Assembly (NCBI GenBank): GCA_002633005.1
Contig: NMRA01000615.1
Coordinates: forward strand, 183,176-247,175
Length of the DNA stretch: 64,000 nucleotides
Direction of reading: 5' to 3'
Source: Phoronis australis
Lineage: Eukaryota > Animalia > Phoronida
Both the position numbers and the translations under genes were made by a program. Numbering within the stretch: the first letter of the stretch is position 1; the number at the start of each line of letters is the position of its first letter. Below the pieces are notes generated by a model. That model saw only the letters and a list, made by a program, of their open reading frames with translations, was not told the origin of the DNA and searched no databases. Shown here in pieces: positions 1 through 13,700 of this stretch.

Positions 1-1083
1 CATGTTACCCAATTCTGGTATGGATGACGTCACGACATATTGATGTTCTATCGGTAATACCGGGAGGTCAATACCGGCTAGACCCGCCACCTCTCGGGCG
101 TGGAACCCTGAAAAAAGACGAGGCCACCACATTGCAGACGCGGATCCGAGGAGAAGCACAGTGGACGCGGACCCCCGTCTCAGTCGCTTTTACGTTGCTG
201 CAAGTCCTGGATCTCACTGCGCTGTCATATTTCAGCCAGACAACAAATGAACATGTTTTATTCTTAATGTTCAACAAAAACAGGCAACGGACAAGGTTTA
301 CTTTGTCTTAACCATTTTAAAAATATGTGATGCGTTTTGTAAATCGAAAGATATCCCTAAATCAGTATTATTATAAATGCTAACTACGGCTCGTAGGTAG
401 TTGTTTTTCTTCCTGCAAATGTTAGATTTATAAAAAGCGGAAGCTCGATTTGATTCACTTCGGCGTCCATTTTGTAGATAAACAACCGACCAGAAAATCA
501 AAAATGCCTATTTCAAATCATTTTCTATTTTCCTCGACTGATGACATGTTTGAAGTACACCATTTGGAAACAAACGTAAGTTCGTTTCGACTTATTCAAA
601 TAAACTGATGCGTAAATATTATCGACATTATAGAAAAGACGGGGGCGTCTTCTTCAACTGTTGATTTAGACCACTTATGGTTAAGGTACTGGTATCACCT
701 TTTTCTTTACTCGAATTAGAACTAATTTATAAACTTGACAAGAACTGATCGATCCTTACTACTTCACAACAGGCTAGTACTGTAGTTATCGTCAGCTTAG
801 TGTCTGTGGTGAAGACAATATGGTCGTCACAGAAATTCAGACGATTTATGATACATAATCAATTCAAATAAAAAAGAACGTGGCGACATTAGAAGAACAA
901 AAACACACTGATGCAAAGAATGATGGTGTTTCGTTAACATTAGAACAAGCTAGACTGACGGAAGGTTGAATCGCAGCTCCGTTACTGGCAACATTTTTCG
1001 ACCTTTCACAGACTCTGTTACAGTAGAAAAAAACACACGATATTTCTTAATATACCAGTTGGGAAATTATGGGGACATGGTAC

Positions 1084-3019
1084 CTGCAGCGTTGATCACG
1101 TGCTTTGTGACAATAGTTCCTTTGTCAGTGATAACATTCCATTGGCCATCAGCCCTCTGTATTGTAGCAGTGACCTTGGTTGGCATGACAATGTCTGCTC
1201 CATGGTTACGGGCGCCAATAGCCAAGGCTTGAGTCACGGAGTACGGATCGATGTAACCATCGTCTGGAGTGTGGAGGCCGGCGAGAATCTAAAAAATTAT
1301 GTTTGATATTGAATAAAACTACAAAACACCAAAAGGCGAATGATCAGACGATGGGTGTCGTATAGTGCAGGTGCTCAAAATAAGAGAAATGTGCTAGCTG
1401 AGAAAAAATATATCGTACCTTATCCATATTCAGTATTGGCGCCTTTTGACGTATCTCGTCTGGTGTGAGTATCCATTGGCGTGCTTGGTGCCAACCGTGT
1501 CGCGACATTTGATATCGAAACTCGTCAACACGTTCAGGTGTCGTAGCTAGACGAATACTGCCGACTTTGTGAAAACCTACGTTCTGAAACAATTTAAACA
1601 AGTTCATCAACAGTTCTTGAAATAACCCTTGCTCTCAGTCATTTACGTTGACAGTGACATAATGAAGGCGTCCGTAATTTATGAATAAAATTTTCTGGAA
1701 ACCATTGTTCAGCCACATTTCTTCCTCGGAAATGTTCGTTACTTGAAAAGACCAAGAATTTGTTCGTGTTAGGTCCAAAGCCGAGGAACGATTTTTATTT
1801 TGTTGGTCGTGCCCCAAACAAGCGTTTAGGATCCTCTAAAACCGCCTATGTAATGGGGGCTTATAGTGGCTTTGTACAGATATATCTTGCTCTTCCATAT
1901 TGCTGAAGAAGACAGCTTCTGTATGCCATTGAAATTTAAGATTAAGGGTCCTCGCACGCGCTTGGAAAATGTATCCTTGAGTACAAACCTGTCCCGTTTC
2001 TTCCTCCAGCTGGTTGTACAGTTGAAGGCTGTATTCATGGATCTTCTTCATATTCACTCCGGAGTTAAAGAGTGTCGTCAGTCCGGCCTAGAAGAACACT
2101 GTTACACACAGTCTGAACGCAAAAGAAATAAGCGGTGTAGGAACTGACCACATTCCTACAAAGTATCTGAAAGATGTCGGTAATTTTACACAATTCAGAC
2201 AAAGTACATGTAGGTGTGATAACCGGGCTAAATTGTACACCGGACTGTAAGAACAGCACCACTAGAATTCCTGATCTTCCGGGTCACACCTCTCATCACC
2301 ATAAAGACACAAAGGACACATGTCCTTGCCAATAATGATCATAGCTGTGCTCGAATATCTGGAATTATGTTAATGTTGCTCTAACCCTTTGCGTCCCTTA
2401 GTGTTTTTGTGTGCTGACTTAAGGCCAGTTATTGCTAAGCCAGAAGCGTCTTTCTCGAGACGGAGAGTGTTAGTTTGGGACTGAAGTTCGTCATATTTGA
2501 CAAAATTCATCACAAGGAAACGACTGCTATCTCGATGCATTAATCTGCACGTTATTAACGCTATCATGTTGACAGGCGTTTTTCAAGTAACCTACACCCT
2601 TTCACACCGAAACAAGCGTCCCACCTGAATGCGCCACGCGTTTCAGCTGGTAACACCGCATTTCTACATTGTCAGCAAGTAGTGACACTCGAGGCTCTGG
2701 CTGCGTTCCGCAAACGCAATACTCTTGCTACTGAAGCTACAGTGATCACGTGCTTCGCCTGTATTGCATGGTGACATCTCGGGGGTAATTCACGGTAATC
2801 TTGTGTTTTAGCGAGTGTCTCGCGTCTACGCAACACAGCCAGACTGTTGAACATACAGCATGCCATGTGGAACCAGAGGTCAGTTCTAGCTTCTCCAGCA
2901 GCACCACATCCTTCACGCCCGCCTTCGCCAGGTGGTACGCGATGCTACAGCCCATGACACCGCCGCCAATCACTACGGTGTCGGCGGCGTCCTTCCAGTG
3001 TTTTTTCTGGCCGTGATGG
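1084..3019 (-). CDS. DMGDH: Dimethylglycine dehydrogenase, partial: four internal exons 3019-2857, 2087-1989, 1583-1419, 1288-1084. First coding exon not located; downstream exons lie left of the window.
   Basis: Spliced translation [54 protein letters not shown]|[33 protein letters not shown]|[55 protein letters not shown]|[31 protein letters not shown]...KHVINAAG. It has the GxGxxG FAD motif and the TWHAAG covalent-FAD His. All junctions are GT-AG and in phase (163/99/165/205 nt). [24 protein letters not shown] matches DMGDH rather than SARDH. Confidence 0.93.
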
Positions 3020-3396
3020 CTGAAATGGGAACCAGTACAGCATTGAGAAAGTCATTTCTTCAGGGGAACCTCGGTGCACTACAAGAACATTATCATCTTG
3101 GTTGATGTGACCTAATAACATGTTGACGGCAAGCGACATCATCAATCTTGGAACACTTCTTTCCATCATTTTTGCTCAGTGATAAGCAATCACCAGAAAT
3201 TATCACAATTGATAATAAACTCGCATAAAAATATTCCAACTATTAGTAAAGCATCACGTCATTCTTATGAATTTATAGAAATAGCTGAGATAAATTCACG
3301 CGAAAAAAAACTTCACAATGGTCTACGTATATCATCTGCCTGCTTATGACGACTTATTTTGGACTACGGATGAATAGGCAGATAGAAAAGTTTTGG

Positions 3397-3486
3397 TTTC
3401 TCCCCCTTCATCAAATTTGCACATAAGAAACTGTCTGACTGTTTTCTCGCCTTCATCAAATTTGCACATAAGAAACTGTCTGACTG
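3397..3486. repeat. 45-bp tandem duplication (2 copies)
   Basis: CCTTCATCAAATTTGCACATAAGAAACTGTCTGACTG occurs twice with period 45. Confidence 0.9.
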
Positions 3487-3643
3487 ATAACTAGTGGCTT
3501 TTTCTTGTTCTATGAATCCGAAAGCTTATTTTGCAAGGCAAATAAGTTAGAAGAAAATATCTCTGTAATTACTTGTAATTCATCTTAGAGCAAGGATTGC
3601 CGTGTTTTGGTATCTAACGCAATCTGCTGCGCAGGTCCTGTGA

Positions 3644-4313
3644 CCCGGGTACTCCCAAAAATGAGTTATACGGGACGTGGCTCTCATAAAGAGTGACTTC
3701 TCCAAAAGATCCTCTGCTACAGGGGTGCCTCTTTCTAACAAAAATCCCTACGACATCTTTGTATGACTTAACTGGCTACAGAGGGTTCACATTAGGATTA
3801 CAAAACTCTACAGGCGATTGCAGTTAGTTTCATACACGCCATACATGTACGTTGGTCACATCACGTGACCTGTAGTTAAGTCCGAAAAGATCTCACTCTG
3901 CGCTGTGAACGCCGATTTATACATGTAACAGCACGATTCTCTACAAAAGGTTCGTTTCTCATTTTACAAAACCCTGCAAAAGGGTTTTTATGTCATCTTT
4001 ATTTAATAGGTCGCGTTGCAAAAAATATCTCATTTTGATAATATGATACCCTTACTTGTGCTGTTTCAAGCTAAAGGGTGAAAAAGAAATTTGCAAAATA
4101 ACACCTACTGAACGAAAGGATTAGGGTAAGGAAACAACTCCAACACCGACAAGTTGAGACAATTAATGGAACAATACACTCTGAAATGCTAACTTTTCCT
4201 GAAGATCCATTCAAACGGGTCCCTTTTCCATTCTACTTTCTAAGTGGGTGGTTATCGAAATTTTGCAGTTGCACCCCGGCCGTCAAAAATGCAGGCGAGT
4301 ACTTTCCCCCGGG
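3644..4313. mobile_element. Non-autonomous DNA transposon with CCCGGG termini
   Basis: Left end CCCGGGTACTCCC and right end GAGTACTTTCCCCCGGG are short inverted termini; flanks are compatible with a 2-bp TSD; no ORF. Superfamily not determined. Confidence 0.55.
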
Positions 4314-6857
4314 ACCGGCGTCCAAGACAAGTATTGCAGCTAGATGTTTCACGCATTCCATGCACCAAATGTGATAGTATCTAAAGGCGTTGTAGTGCCG
4401 GGTTTCTGCAGTGGTGTTCTTGGGCACTGAATCAGACCACAACGAAAGATAAATGCAGTAGTCGAGAGAAAACTGGGTCCCGAAAGAGGACACTGGTCAA
4501 ACCCGTGTGTGTTAGAGGGAGGGGGTGCGTTCATGGATTTTACGGTAACTTTGGTGACTAATTATGACAAGGTTGACAACTGTGCTCCGTCTCGACGATT
4601 ATGATTTTCATATGTGACTATGGTGGCGTTTGTTGATTTGATGGTTATGCTAATCTGGGTCGGCCGTAAGCAATGCATCGCCTGTGGGCGCCGAAGGCGG
4701 CGTGCAGGCGATGGTCGTGTAGTGGGTATGCTCGATTTTGCTTGTTCATTGATTAAAATCAAGCATACAAAACAATACTTATGGAAACAGTTACCTGAAT
4801 ATATATTTTCGATGCAAATACGCTGCCAAAATTACAATTACCTCCATTTCAGTTTTTATGCAAATTCACCTGACTAAAAATTTATGGCCTTGGCATGGGA
4901 AAACGTGGTAATGTGCCAACGGACGATTTTTAACATGCGGCCACGTTAAATTGCATTGGTAATAGGATTTACTGTAACCGCATTGCTAGAGCTAAAGGGA
5001 CTAAAGAACATCTCAAATGGACAAAGTTTATTGAGGTACGTCCGAACTTGTTGAGCTCTCTTGTTTTCAGCCAGTATATTTTCACACGAAAGTTATCCCT
5101 GGCTCCCGGAGAAAACTGTCGATTGGCAAAATACACTGACTATCCAGCACCACAGAAAAAGTGGAGGGGCTATACCCCCCCCCCCNCCCCCCATCCCCCA
5201 CCCCCCAAACCCACGCCGTACCGCCCATGAGCGGCCAGCGGCGTAGCACTGTTCGGAAAAACTTGGGGATATACATGTAGCCCCCCACTGAGCCCCCTAT
5301 GATGCTATCAGCGAGTCAACGGAAAATCTAGGCTGATCTGATTCAGCTACAGGTCTGTATCTGTTGATGCCATATGATCGGTGAATGACGGGGATGACAC
5401 TCATGCTGCATGATGGCGATGAAAGTAATGACAACGATGGTGTTGATAGCAACCGCGTAGCAGTGAGTCACGTGGGTTCTTTGGCAAACGGCGCACAGGC
5501 AAGAAAATTCCAAGCACACGAGTCATCTGCACGGAGCTTACAGTACTGAGCTGATATTGGATTTCCACTCAGTTAACATGCACACAGTTGTTCATGAGCT
5601 TGTAACAAGGCCTACCTGCTGCATGGCCGGCTTGGTGACTGGTACTGCGCTCCTGGATATAGGTACAAACGCCTCCGTACCAGCAAGGTACTCAAACATG
5701 GTCGAAACGGAAGCATAACACCGTCGCACAGCTTCACTGAAGCTTCATTCCCTGACCTAGATCCAACAAGGTCGTCTAGTGGCCGAAGCTCGCCTTTTCA
5801 TCCAGTGGTGACCAAGGCAGGGGGGGGGGGGGAGGGGGGCGACTCAATTTTCTTGTGTGGCTAGGTAATTTCAAGGACTTTATATTCGAAAAGTACCCGT
5901 TGCACATTTTTTTGTAAAAAAACAGATTTTTGCACTTTCTTAATGTAACATTCTTTGTGACGTGAACTGCGCTTCTGGATATCATGAGTTCTCCGCAGTA
6001 GGAAAACATTCAAACTTGGCCGAAAAGAAGCATTATATAACGCTGCCTCACCAAGCGTCGTTATCGCTTTATTATCTGACCTATATCAAAGATTTGCCTA
6101 TATCCCGTGTCTTCTCTGACCGGTGTCTGGAACCTAGTCCCACGGCGACACTAACAGGCCGTCTGTAATGCAGAGCGCACTCTCGTGTACACCACGAAAA
6201 CGAACCGGTGTCTGCCATACTACGCTACGATCTGATTTGGGTGCGTGTTTCAACATTTCGAATTCAATTTGTCGCTTATTCAGTCACTCCGTCTCATTTT
6301 ATATGTATGCAATTTTTCTGGGACACTGAGGTATTTATTCACTGAAGTTGAATCTTATCAAAACTCATCTTCTTTTTTTCCAAAACGCATTGAATTCTCT
6401 TTTTGACAGGCAAATTGCTTATTTTACCCCATTTCATGTATTCAATGTAACGGGGATTCAACAGCTTCTAACGACTAAACATTTACAGAACAAACAGTCA
6501 GGAACACAGCCAAGTCTCATATATTCGCTCATAGCGCACCATTATTAAAATCTCTGAACCGTCTGAGTGTCCGCTGATGACTTGATTTGTCCGGTTTCAA
6601 ACTTCTTTATTAATCTCTAATTACCTTCTCCCACCAGTCTTTTCGGATTTTCCAGCAAGCAAAGTCTGAAACAAACTATTAGGGTATTTGCTACACTTTT
6701 ATTACGGAAGTTGCAGCTATGCTCCCGTAGTGCCGAGCACGTATACCAATATCAGGTCCTAACGCACCTGTACACGTCTTGGCATTTTGGCACTCAAGTT
6801 GGATGCAGCGGTCCCACCCCATCTTCTTCAATTTTAACCTAGAATCATGATTTTAGC

Positions 6858-7017
6858 CAGTGCTGTAGTGGGATATAGGTACACGTAAGCGCAGCCAGCC
6901 ACCTTTTCCTATTTGAACATAGCGCCTTCGCTATATAATTAAGTTACGTTCTGTGCTTAATGTGATACGGTGGGCTTTGGGCGTTTACTTACTTCTAATT
7001 TTACCACTACAGTACTG
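6858..7017. mobile_element. hAT-type MITE (160 bp)
   Basis: TIRs CAGTGCTGTAGTGG / CCACTACAGTACTG (1 mismatch); perfect 8-bp TSD ATTTTAGC at 6850-6857 and 7018-7025. Confidence 0.88.
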
Positions 7018-9523
7018 ATTTTAGCATCCGCGTATTCACAGGACGTATAGAAATTGTTCTGTGTATTAGTTTTGCCATACTCAGATTCTACGTAATGGAC
7101 TTTGAAGTTAATGCTTTTTGCCGACTTTCACTTGCCCCCCAAAAATGATAATTAAAGTTCACTCACTTAACAGAGTATTTTCGGAACAAACTTTAAAAAA
7201 ATATGTTAGATTAATTACCCTGAACTGTGGGAAATAAAAAATTATTACTTACTTGAAATAATTCCCGTGATGATATTCAGTTTGGATGTTTTCTTTGTTT
7301 ATTTATTCAGTGCATCAAACGCGTCTGTTACATATTTCTCCTGGCATTCTCGTTCATTTCAAAATGTCGCTTTTATTGCATAGCATAAGCAATTTATTTT
7401 GCCTATCGTTCCCTTCCAAATGGCAGCTTTATTTCATGTAACAGGCCTCCGGCCCACGTTACAAATATGAAAATACATAGAGAGTACAAGATTTTTCAAG
7501 TCTAAATTAATTCATGTCAAGGAACTCATTTCAACGTTTCTCCGCATTAATTGAATATCTAGACACTTTTCTCAGGCCAGTCAAATCACGAGTCTGTAAA
7601 AATACAAATATGTAAAGCAACATATTATATTCTCATTGCCCAACGTTTTGATTCTGCCCATTTTTATGAGGGTTTCGGCGAGTGAACTGTTCTTATAATT
7701 TTCCTTGCTGCAGCAGAAGTGACAAAAATGTACGTCTTGCTTTGCAAACGCCCGTCTCTTTAGACGTCAACAAAACACCTGCCTTAAGTTGAGCTCCGTG
7801 GACGCAAGACACCCTCGAGAAAGACTGGTGCTTATAACACATGGCGTTATCTCGCGATCGTGTGATGTTGCGTTTTCGCGACATTCTTGCGTCTATATGG
7901 AACGTAGCTCTGCTCTACGTGGCACTAAATCGTACATTGACTCTTTGTCATCATGGAGCTGTTGATAAATATTTGCCAGACTGCGCTGCGCACAAAAGGC
8001 TTTAAGAACAATGTACCTTTAAGCCCACATTACTATTGTTCAAGATCACTGTTCACTTATGGTGAAATCTCTTACCATTCACCTGGGAACACTTTTATTG
8101 TGGAGGTCAAAAGAGGTCACTGTCGGTTATTTGAGATGCCAAGCCACTTCTCCCAGCCGCCTGGAACTGTGCCGCGAAAAAGATGGGAAAAGCTAAAATA
8201 ATCTGACCCTCTGACTCCTAGTATTTCATACAGTAGTAACTATGACACGTGGTGTATCATATGGGGATACTGTGTCACTGTGTACTCGTCAACTTTGCTA
8301 ATTGTCTGGTATCTCATTGACGAGCACAATGATCCCAAAAGTGATTTTCGACCTTCAGTGCCAACAGAGGTCCCTTTAGGCCAAAGGTTATTGAAATTAC
8401 CTCCCCAAATAAACATTGAACAAGAGGCTGGAAGAAAAATCAGCGTCGCTTCAGTCAATCATGACGCACGCTTTTAGTTCGAACAATAAGGCAAATTGTA
8501 CCTAGTCACATAATTAGTGCCAATTAAGCTTGACACGACTCATATGAAGAAGGCTTTGTTTCGTAGATGCGAGAAAGTAATACGGGATCACACAAGAGAT
8601 TCCGCGAGATATCGCCATGCATTACAAGGATGATCACACTAGCTTTAGGCCTACTACACTTGCGAAGTTGTGGCGTTTCGTGCGGAACGCTTTCTGGCTT
8701 CCTTTTCAGGAATACTGAACTTGAAAACCACATTGTCATTATTCGGAACTCTCGTAATTTCGTAACCTTCAAAATACCCGAGATAGTCAGGCAACGTATC
8801 GGAATAGGCCAATCGCCGTATCATTCAATGCCCTTTGGTTATTGATCAACATTCCCGAGTACCAAACAATCTTAATGCAAGCTGAGAACATTGTGCGTCT
8901 CGACTCGCGTGCACGTGTTCACGAGCCTATACGATTCAGCTTAGAGCTAGAAGAGATGTATCGGCTTAACTAATAACCTGTACTACAACTGACCATTTTG
9001 GAAGAACACTTAGATTAAAATTAAACACTAGATGTTCAGAAAACGACAACGTTTATTTTGCAATATCGCAAGTTTACATCCCACGACCTATTTTATAATC
9101 ACTAAGTCTAATTTAATAATAGGAGTACCACGTGTACTCATTCCTTAACTTAAGAGGCTTGCCTAATTGACTAGGAACCTGTACAATATGAAAGCACAAA
9201 ATATCACATTTTCGTTCACAGTCGTAATCCACGAGATGAAAATCAATGAGCTAGCCCACACCCCCTCCGTCGGACAGCTACAGGCCCTAAAACAACTGGC
9301 TTGAGATCAAACAACGGTTTCTGCTTAGACTGATGGCCTCTACACTCTAACATACCGGAAGCTCAAACCAAGTACTGCATATGCGTATGATGCCAACTCA
9401 ATTAACATCGAAAAGAAACGTAATATCACGCAAATCTTCGCGAAATATCGGCATCACAACGAAAGCCATTTTCCGCACTAGCTTCCTTCGCAAGATTGTC
9501 CTGTCTCTACGGAGCTCAAATCC

Positions 9524-9680
9524 CAGGGGCGGATCCAGGATTTTGAGTTGGGGGGGGGCAGGACAGAGTATTAGCCAGGACTTTGCCCGTCAGACATTCG
9601 CACCCTCGAACCTCCAAGTGTAATCTGGGGGGATTTTAGGGGGCATGGCCCCGTTGGGCCCCCCTCTAAATCCACCACTG
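9524..9680. mobile_element. MITE with 5-bp TSD (hAT5-like)
   Basis: Ends CAGGGGCGGATCCAG...CTAAATCCACCACTG; TSD AATCC on both sides. Confidence 0.85.
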
Positions 9681-10722
9681 AATCCGGCCTATGATACTAC
9701 CTAAATACATGAGTGAATAACATAGGCAAGATAGCTGAACATGATCGAGATGCCACGTGGGCAGTGTGAGATCTCGTTCCCATGATCACTTAAAACTTTT
9801 TCACTTAAAAGGTTTTCACTTAAAACTGCAGTTGAGTTACGTGACCAACGTTGAATTCTTAGCCGACGTGCTGTGGCAGGTTCAAAAACATTACCACGCT
9901 CATCCAATTTTCAATGAGGCGGCATCTCCAGTAACAAGAAAAGCGTACATGCAACATGTTCAAATTGACATCTTTATGGTTGGCCGAATCAAAAAAAATC
10001 GGACTCGATTTTTTGAGTCACTCATGGTTTCGATGTTGTTGTTGGTAACGGAAACAGAATCCTACAACGGCAAGGAATATTACGAGACGATGTAAAAGGC
10101 CACATTCAATTTTCGCTGTTTATACAGCTTAACAGGGTGAAACGAAGCTTTAAATACAAACACGAAACAGAGAATATACATGTAAATACTGGGGTAGTTC
10201 TATAACAGATAAATGGCTGGTAAGAAGGTGTGCAATAAAATCAAAAAGGCAAAGAATAGAGCAAAAGATCCGACATCACACACTAAGAACTTCCCCCAAC
10301 AGTTAACGCTAATATACAAATTACAAAATGTAAATAATTTGACTGGCAAGTGATTTAACAGACAATCACCACGGGATAAGATTGTTTGAAATACAAAAAA
10401 AAAATACACACAAAACGTCAAACCGTAAGTCAGGGCACTGTAATATCTGAATTCCTGACTTGAACAACTCTTTCATAGTTTGCTCAATATTTAATTTTTA
10501 GTCTGCGCTATTGAGAAAAATGTCGCAACGGATAACATGAGCATTCCTAAAAATTGTTGTCAGCTTGTTGTTGCACCCTATTTACATCCTTCGGGTACAA
10601 CACATATCTTCATTGGCAAAAAATGGAAACTTTTAACTTTAGTTTCACGTAAAATGCTAATAAACTACACTGCCTTCGTGTAGCCGTATATTAATAGTTT
10701 TAGGCTCTGACTGCGATAAACC

Positions 10723-13700
10723 TTATGTGCGGACTGTGGAGGTGGGAACAGAATGATGCACCATCATTGGTTGCTGGCCGTGATTGACAGCCATAGCGCC
10801 TCCCGCGGGATACGTTTGATGATGCGCCATCTGGTGGGTGACCACTTGGTATCTGGGCATCTGGTGAGGAGCCAAGAACATGACTTGCTGCTGGTAATGA
10901 CCTCCATAAGGCGTTTGACCCACATACACCACATTGACCTGGTTAGAGGCTGGACTATGCACGTTCTGACCGCAGCAGACGGCTCGACAGCAAAGGGCAG
11001 ACGATGTGATGGCAACAATGGCTTCGATGAGAGTGACTGAAAACGGTACAGAAACCAACACAGTTAAATCCACTTCATAACTGATATCAGCTAATGCTGG
11101 AATACAAAATGAGTATGTGAACAAATGAACCACCCTTCTGGCGAAGCTTCACTAAAAACGGTACAACGCCACGTGTTCATAGGTTTTACCCAAAGCTGGT
11201 TCTGTCACGTGCTCATGCATCAGCATATACCCTATGCCAGAGGCGGATCTAGTATACCATAAGGGGGCGGGGCCCAACGTTTTGCCTCGGGGAGTTGGAA
11301 AAGCGCTATTGTAGAGAGTCGCGGGGGCCGGATACGTAAACCTTATGTTCGTCCTATCGTTGGACTAAAAAACGGGAACGCGATTCCGCAGTGGTCTGAG
11401 CCCCCCCCCCCCCCCCCCNNNNNNNNNGCTTCACGCTGTTGCTGTTTCATTTTGTTTCATTTAGCTTCCGGCAGCCAAGGGGGGGGGGGATCGGCACCCT
11501 GCCCCCCCCTAAAATCCGCTTATGCCCTTCCATGATAGATAAAAGCTATGAACTTTCTCGTTGTGTCACATGTGGTTTGAGGCGAGCGGTCTTTCCCACA
11601 CTCCGCCAATGAAAGCGGTTAGCGCGCTTGAGGATTTAACAGACTTAGCAAAGATATTGAGTGACTCTTGTTCGAAACATTTCAGTGATGACGACTGTTA
11701 TTTTCTCCAAGATTTGAGTGGTCTAGCAAGCATATTCGGAAGTCAGATTCTTGACTTTTTACCAATCTGTCACTAATTGGATCACGTGACCACCTCTTTT
11801 TAGTATAAAATTTAGTGAAACAGAAAGGTGCATTCATAACAAAATAACGATATCAGTAACCTGGCTAAATTTCATTTGACGTAAACGTTCAAGATGAAAT
11901 CACAAAACAGTTTTCTAAACTTTTCCTTTAGAAACTTTAATCTTCATTTACAAAAACCAAAATTGTAACACTTTGAAAAATAATTCCTAGTGCATAAAGC
12001 ATAGTATTTGTTGAATGTGAGTCAGCATTTCATAGATATGACTCCGAAATTCTTCTGTAGACGCAAAAATCTCGCTAACGGAGGTAGAGTGATCTCGTGC
12101 TTCACTTGTCATTGTGACAACGTCACGTTTTCGCACTAAGGTTCTCGCGTCTACAGAAAGCAAATACACGGATCGAGAGGCAAAACTTGCGAGGTTCGCC
12201 CGAGGTATCGGTCTATATTTGCTTCGTTGCACTGAGTACTCGTAGTTCTTTCATCTGATTTCTTCGTGTCTAATTGGGCTGTCGTGTTTTGGCCTGCTTT
12301 AGTGAAGCAACCTTTGGATTCTACAGTGTCTGGTTGCACGAATAGTGATCTCTGACGGAAGGGCTCGGCGTAATTGAAATTCGATATTCTACGGGTAGCC
12401 GGTCAACATCACCCCGTAACAGAAGTCATTATATTATTCTGTCTTACCTGTCAGCTCGGAATCGAATTATCTGAGGCTGTGTAATTTAACATGACGGGAG
12501 TCCTCGTGCAGTCTATTAACCAATCACAGAACAGAAGAGCCAGTGGTCGTAAAAACCGCTCGACGAATGGTAAGGGTGCAACCAGAGCAGCAACTGTAGA
12601 AGGTAAGTGCGCGCGGTATGGCGCTTTAAGTTGATTTACTGAGTGATTGTGAATGACAAGAAGGTGTGAAGAAGGCAATTTCGAAAACAGAGTCAGTATG
12701 CAGTTCGCTTACTTATCATCATGACGCCATTCATGGCTGCTCTCGCCTTGTTGCTAACGCTGTTGTAGTCGAATATAGCCACCCAAAAGTAATCGCGGTG
12801 TTTGTGGATATCCTGTGACAGTCCGATGGAGGCCAGTATGAGAACAGGCAGACAAAGTACAGCCGTGATTATGGAGAGAACCATGAAGCCCACAATAGAA
12901 GAGGTGGACTTCTTATTGGCAGCCACGATTCCTGTGAAAAATGGGACGATCTTTGATTACATAGGTATAAACCCGAATGCTGGACTGTGGAACGAAAATA
13001 TTGAATTTACTTGCAATCAATCCAAAATCCAGACTCAACAATGAGTCACATCAGTTGCAACATTTTTGCTATCAAGACACCAAATTACCACTAAGCACAC
13101 AAATGCGTTTAATTCTTTCCGACAACGCCGTGTCGCACTAGACTTCCTGTTCGGCGTAACGTTGCGCTTACACACCGGTGGCGCTTCGATAACGCTTACA
13201 TGTAGGCCTACCTTGACCAGTTGACCGCTTTAGTATCCGACACAGCGTTGCGGTATTAGATTGAAAGTGCATTGCTGGATGGTGTCTTTAGCTGCCGTAA
13301 CCTTCAATTCACGCTCCAACGAGATTGACATTGTGTCAACGACAACGCATAGTAGGTACGTGGAAGACTCACCGAGAATTCCTGTGATCAACATGAATAA
13401 TCCACCCCAGATACCGTAGCCGGCCTCGTGCAGGTTGGCGTCTATCACTATGGCGACAATTTGGAATATCAGCATCAATATCCCACAAACCATCTGTAGG
13501 GAGGCACAGACCTGCAGGCATGTCAAAATTAAGGTTTTGTACTGACTTTGAGTGGCACCATTTTGGGCGACGACCAGCTTCGTACGTCCCAGAGGTACGA
13601 TCTGTGACTAAGTACACCCACTGAATACGAAACATGGAAATATATCAAACTTTTCTTAGACTTTGGTAGGTTATGTAGTAAATTATTTGCATTATGCGTA

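Noticed and set aside
6991-7078. Minus-strand MAKLIHRTISIRPVNTRMLKS..., which looks like a mitochondrial presequence and a possible DMGDH exon 1
   Set aside because: It hits stop codons before the GTAAGT donor, and removing the 6858-7017 MITE in silico still gives an immediate TGA.
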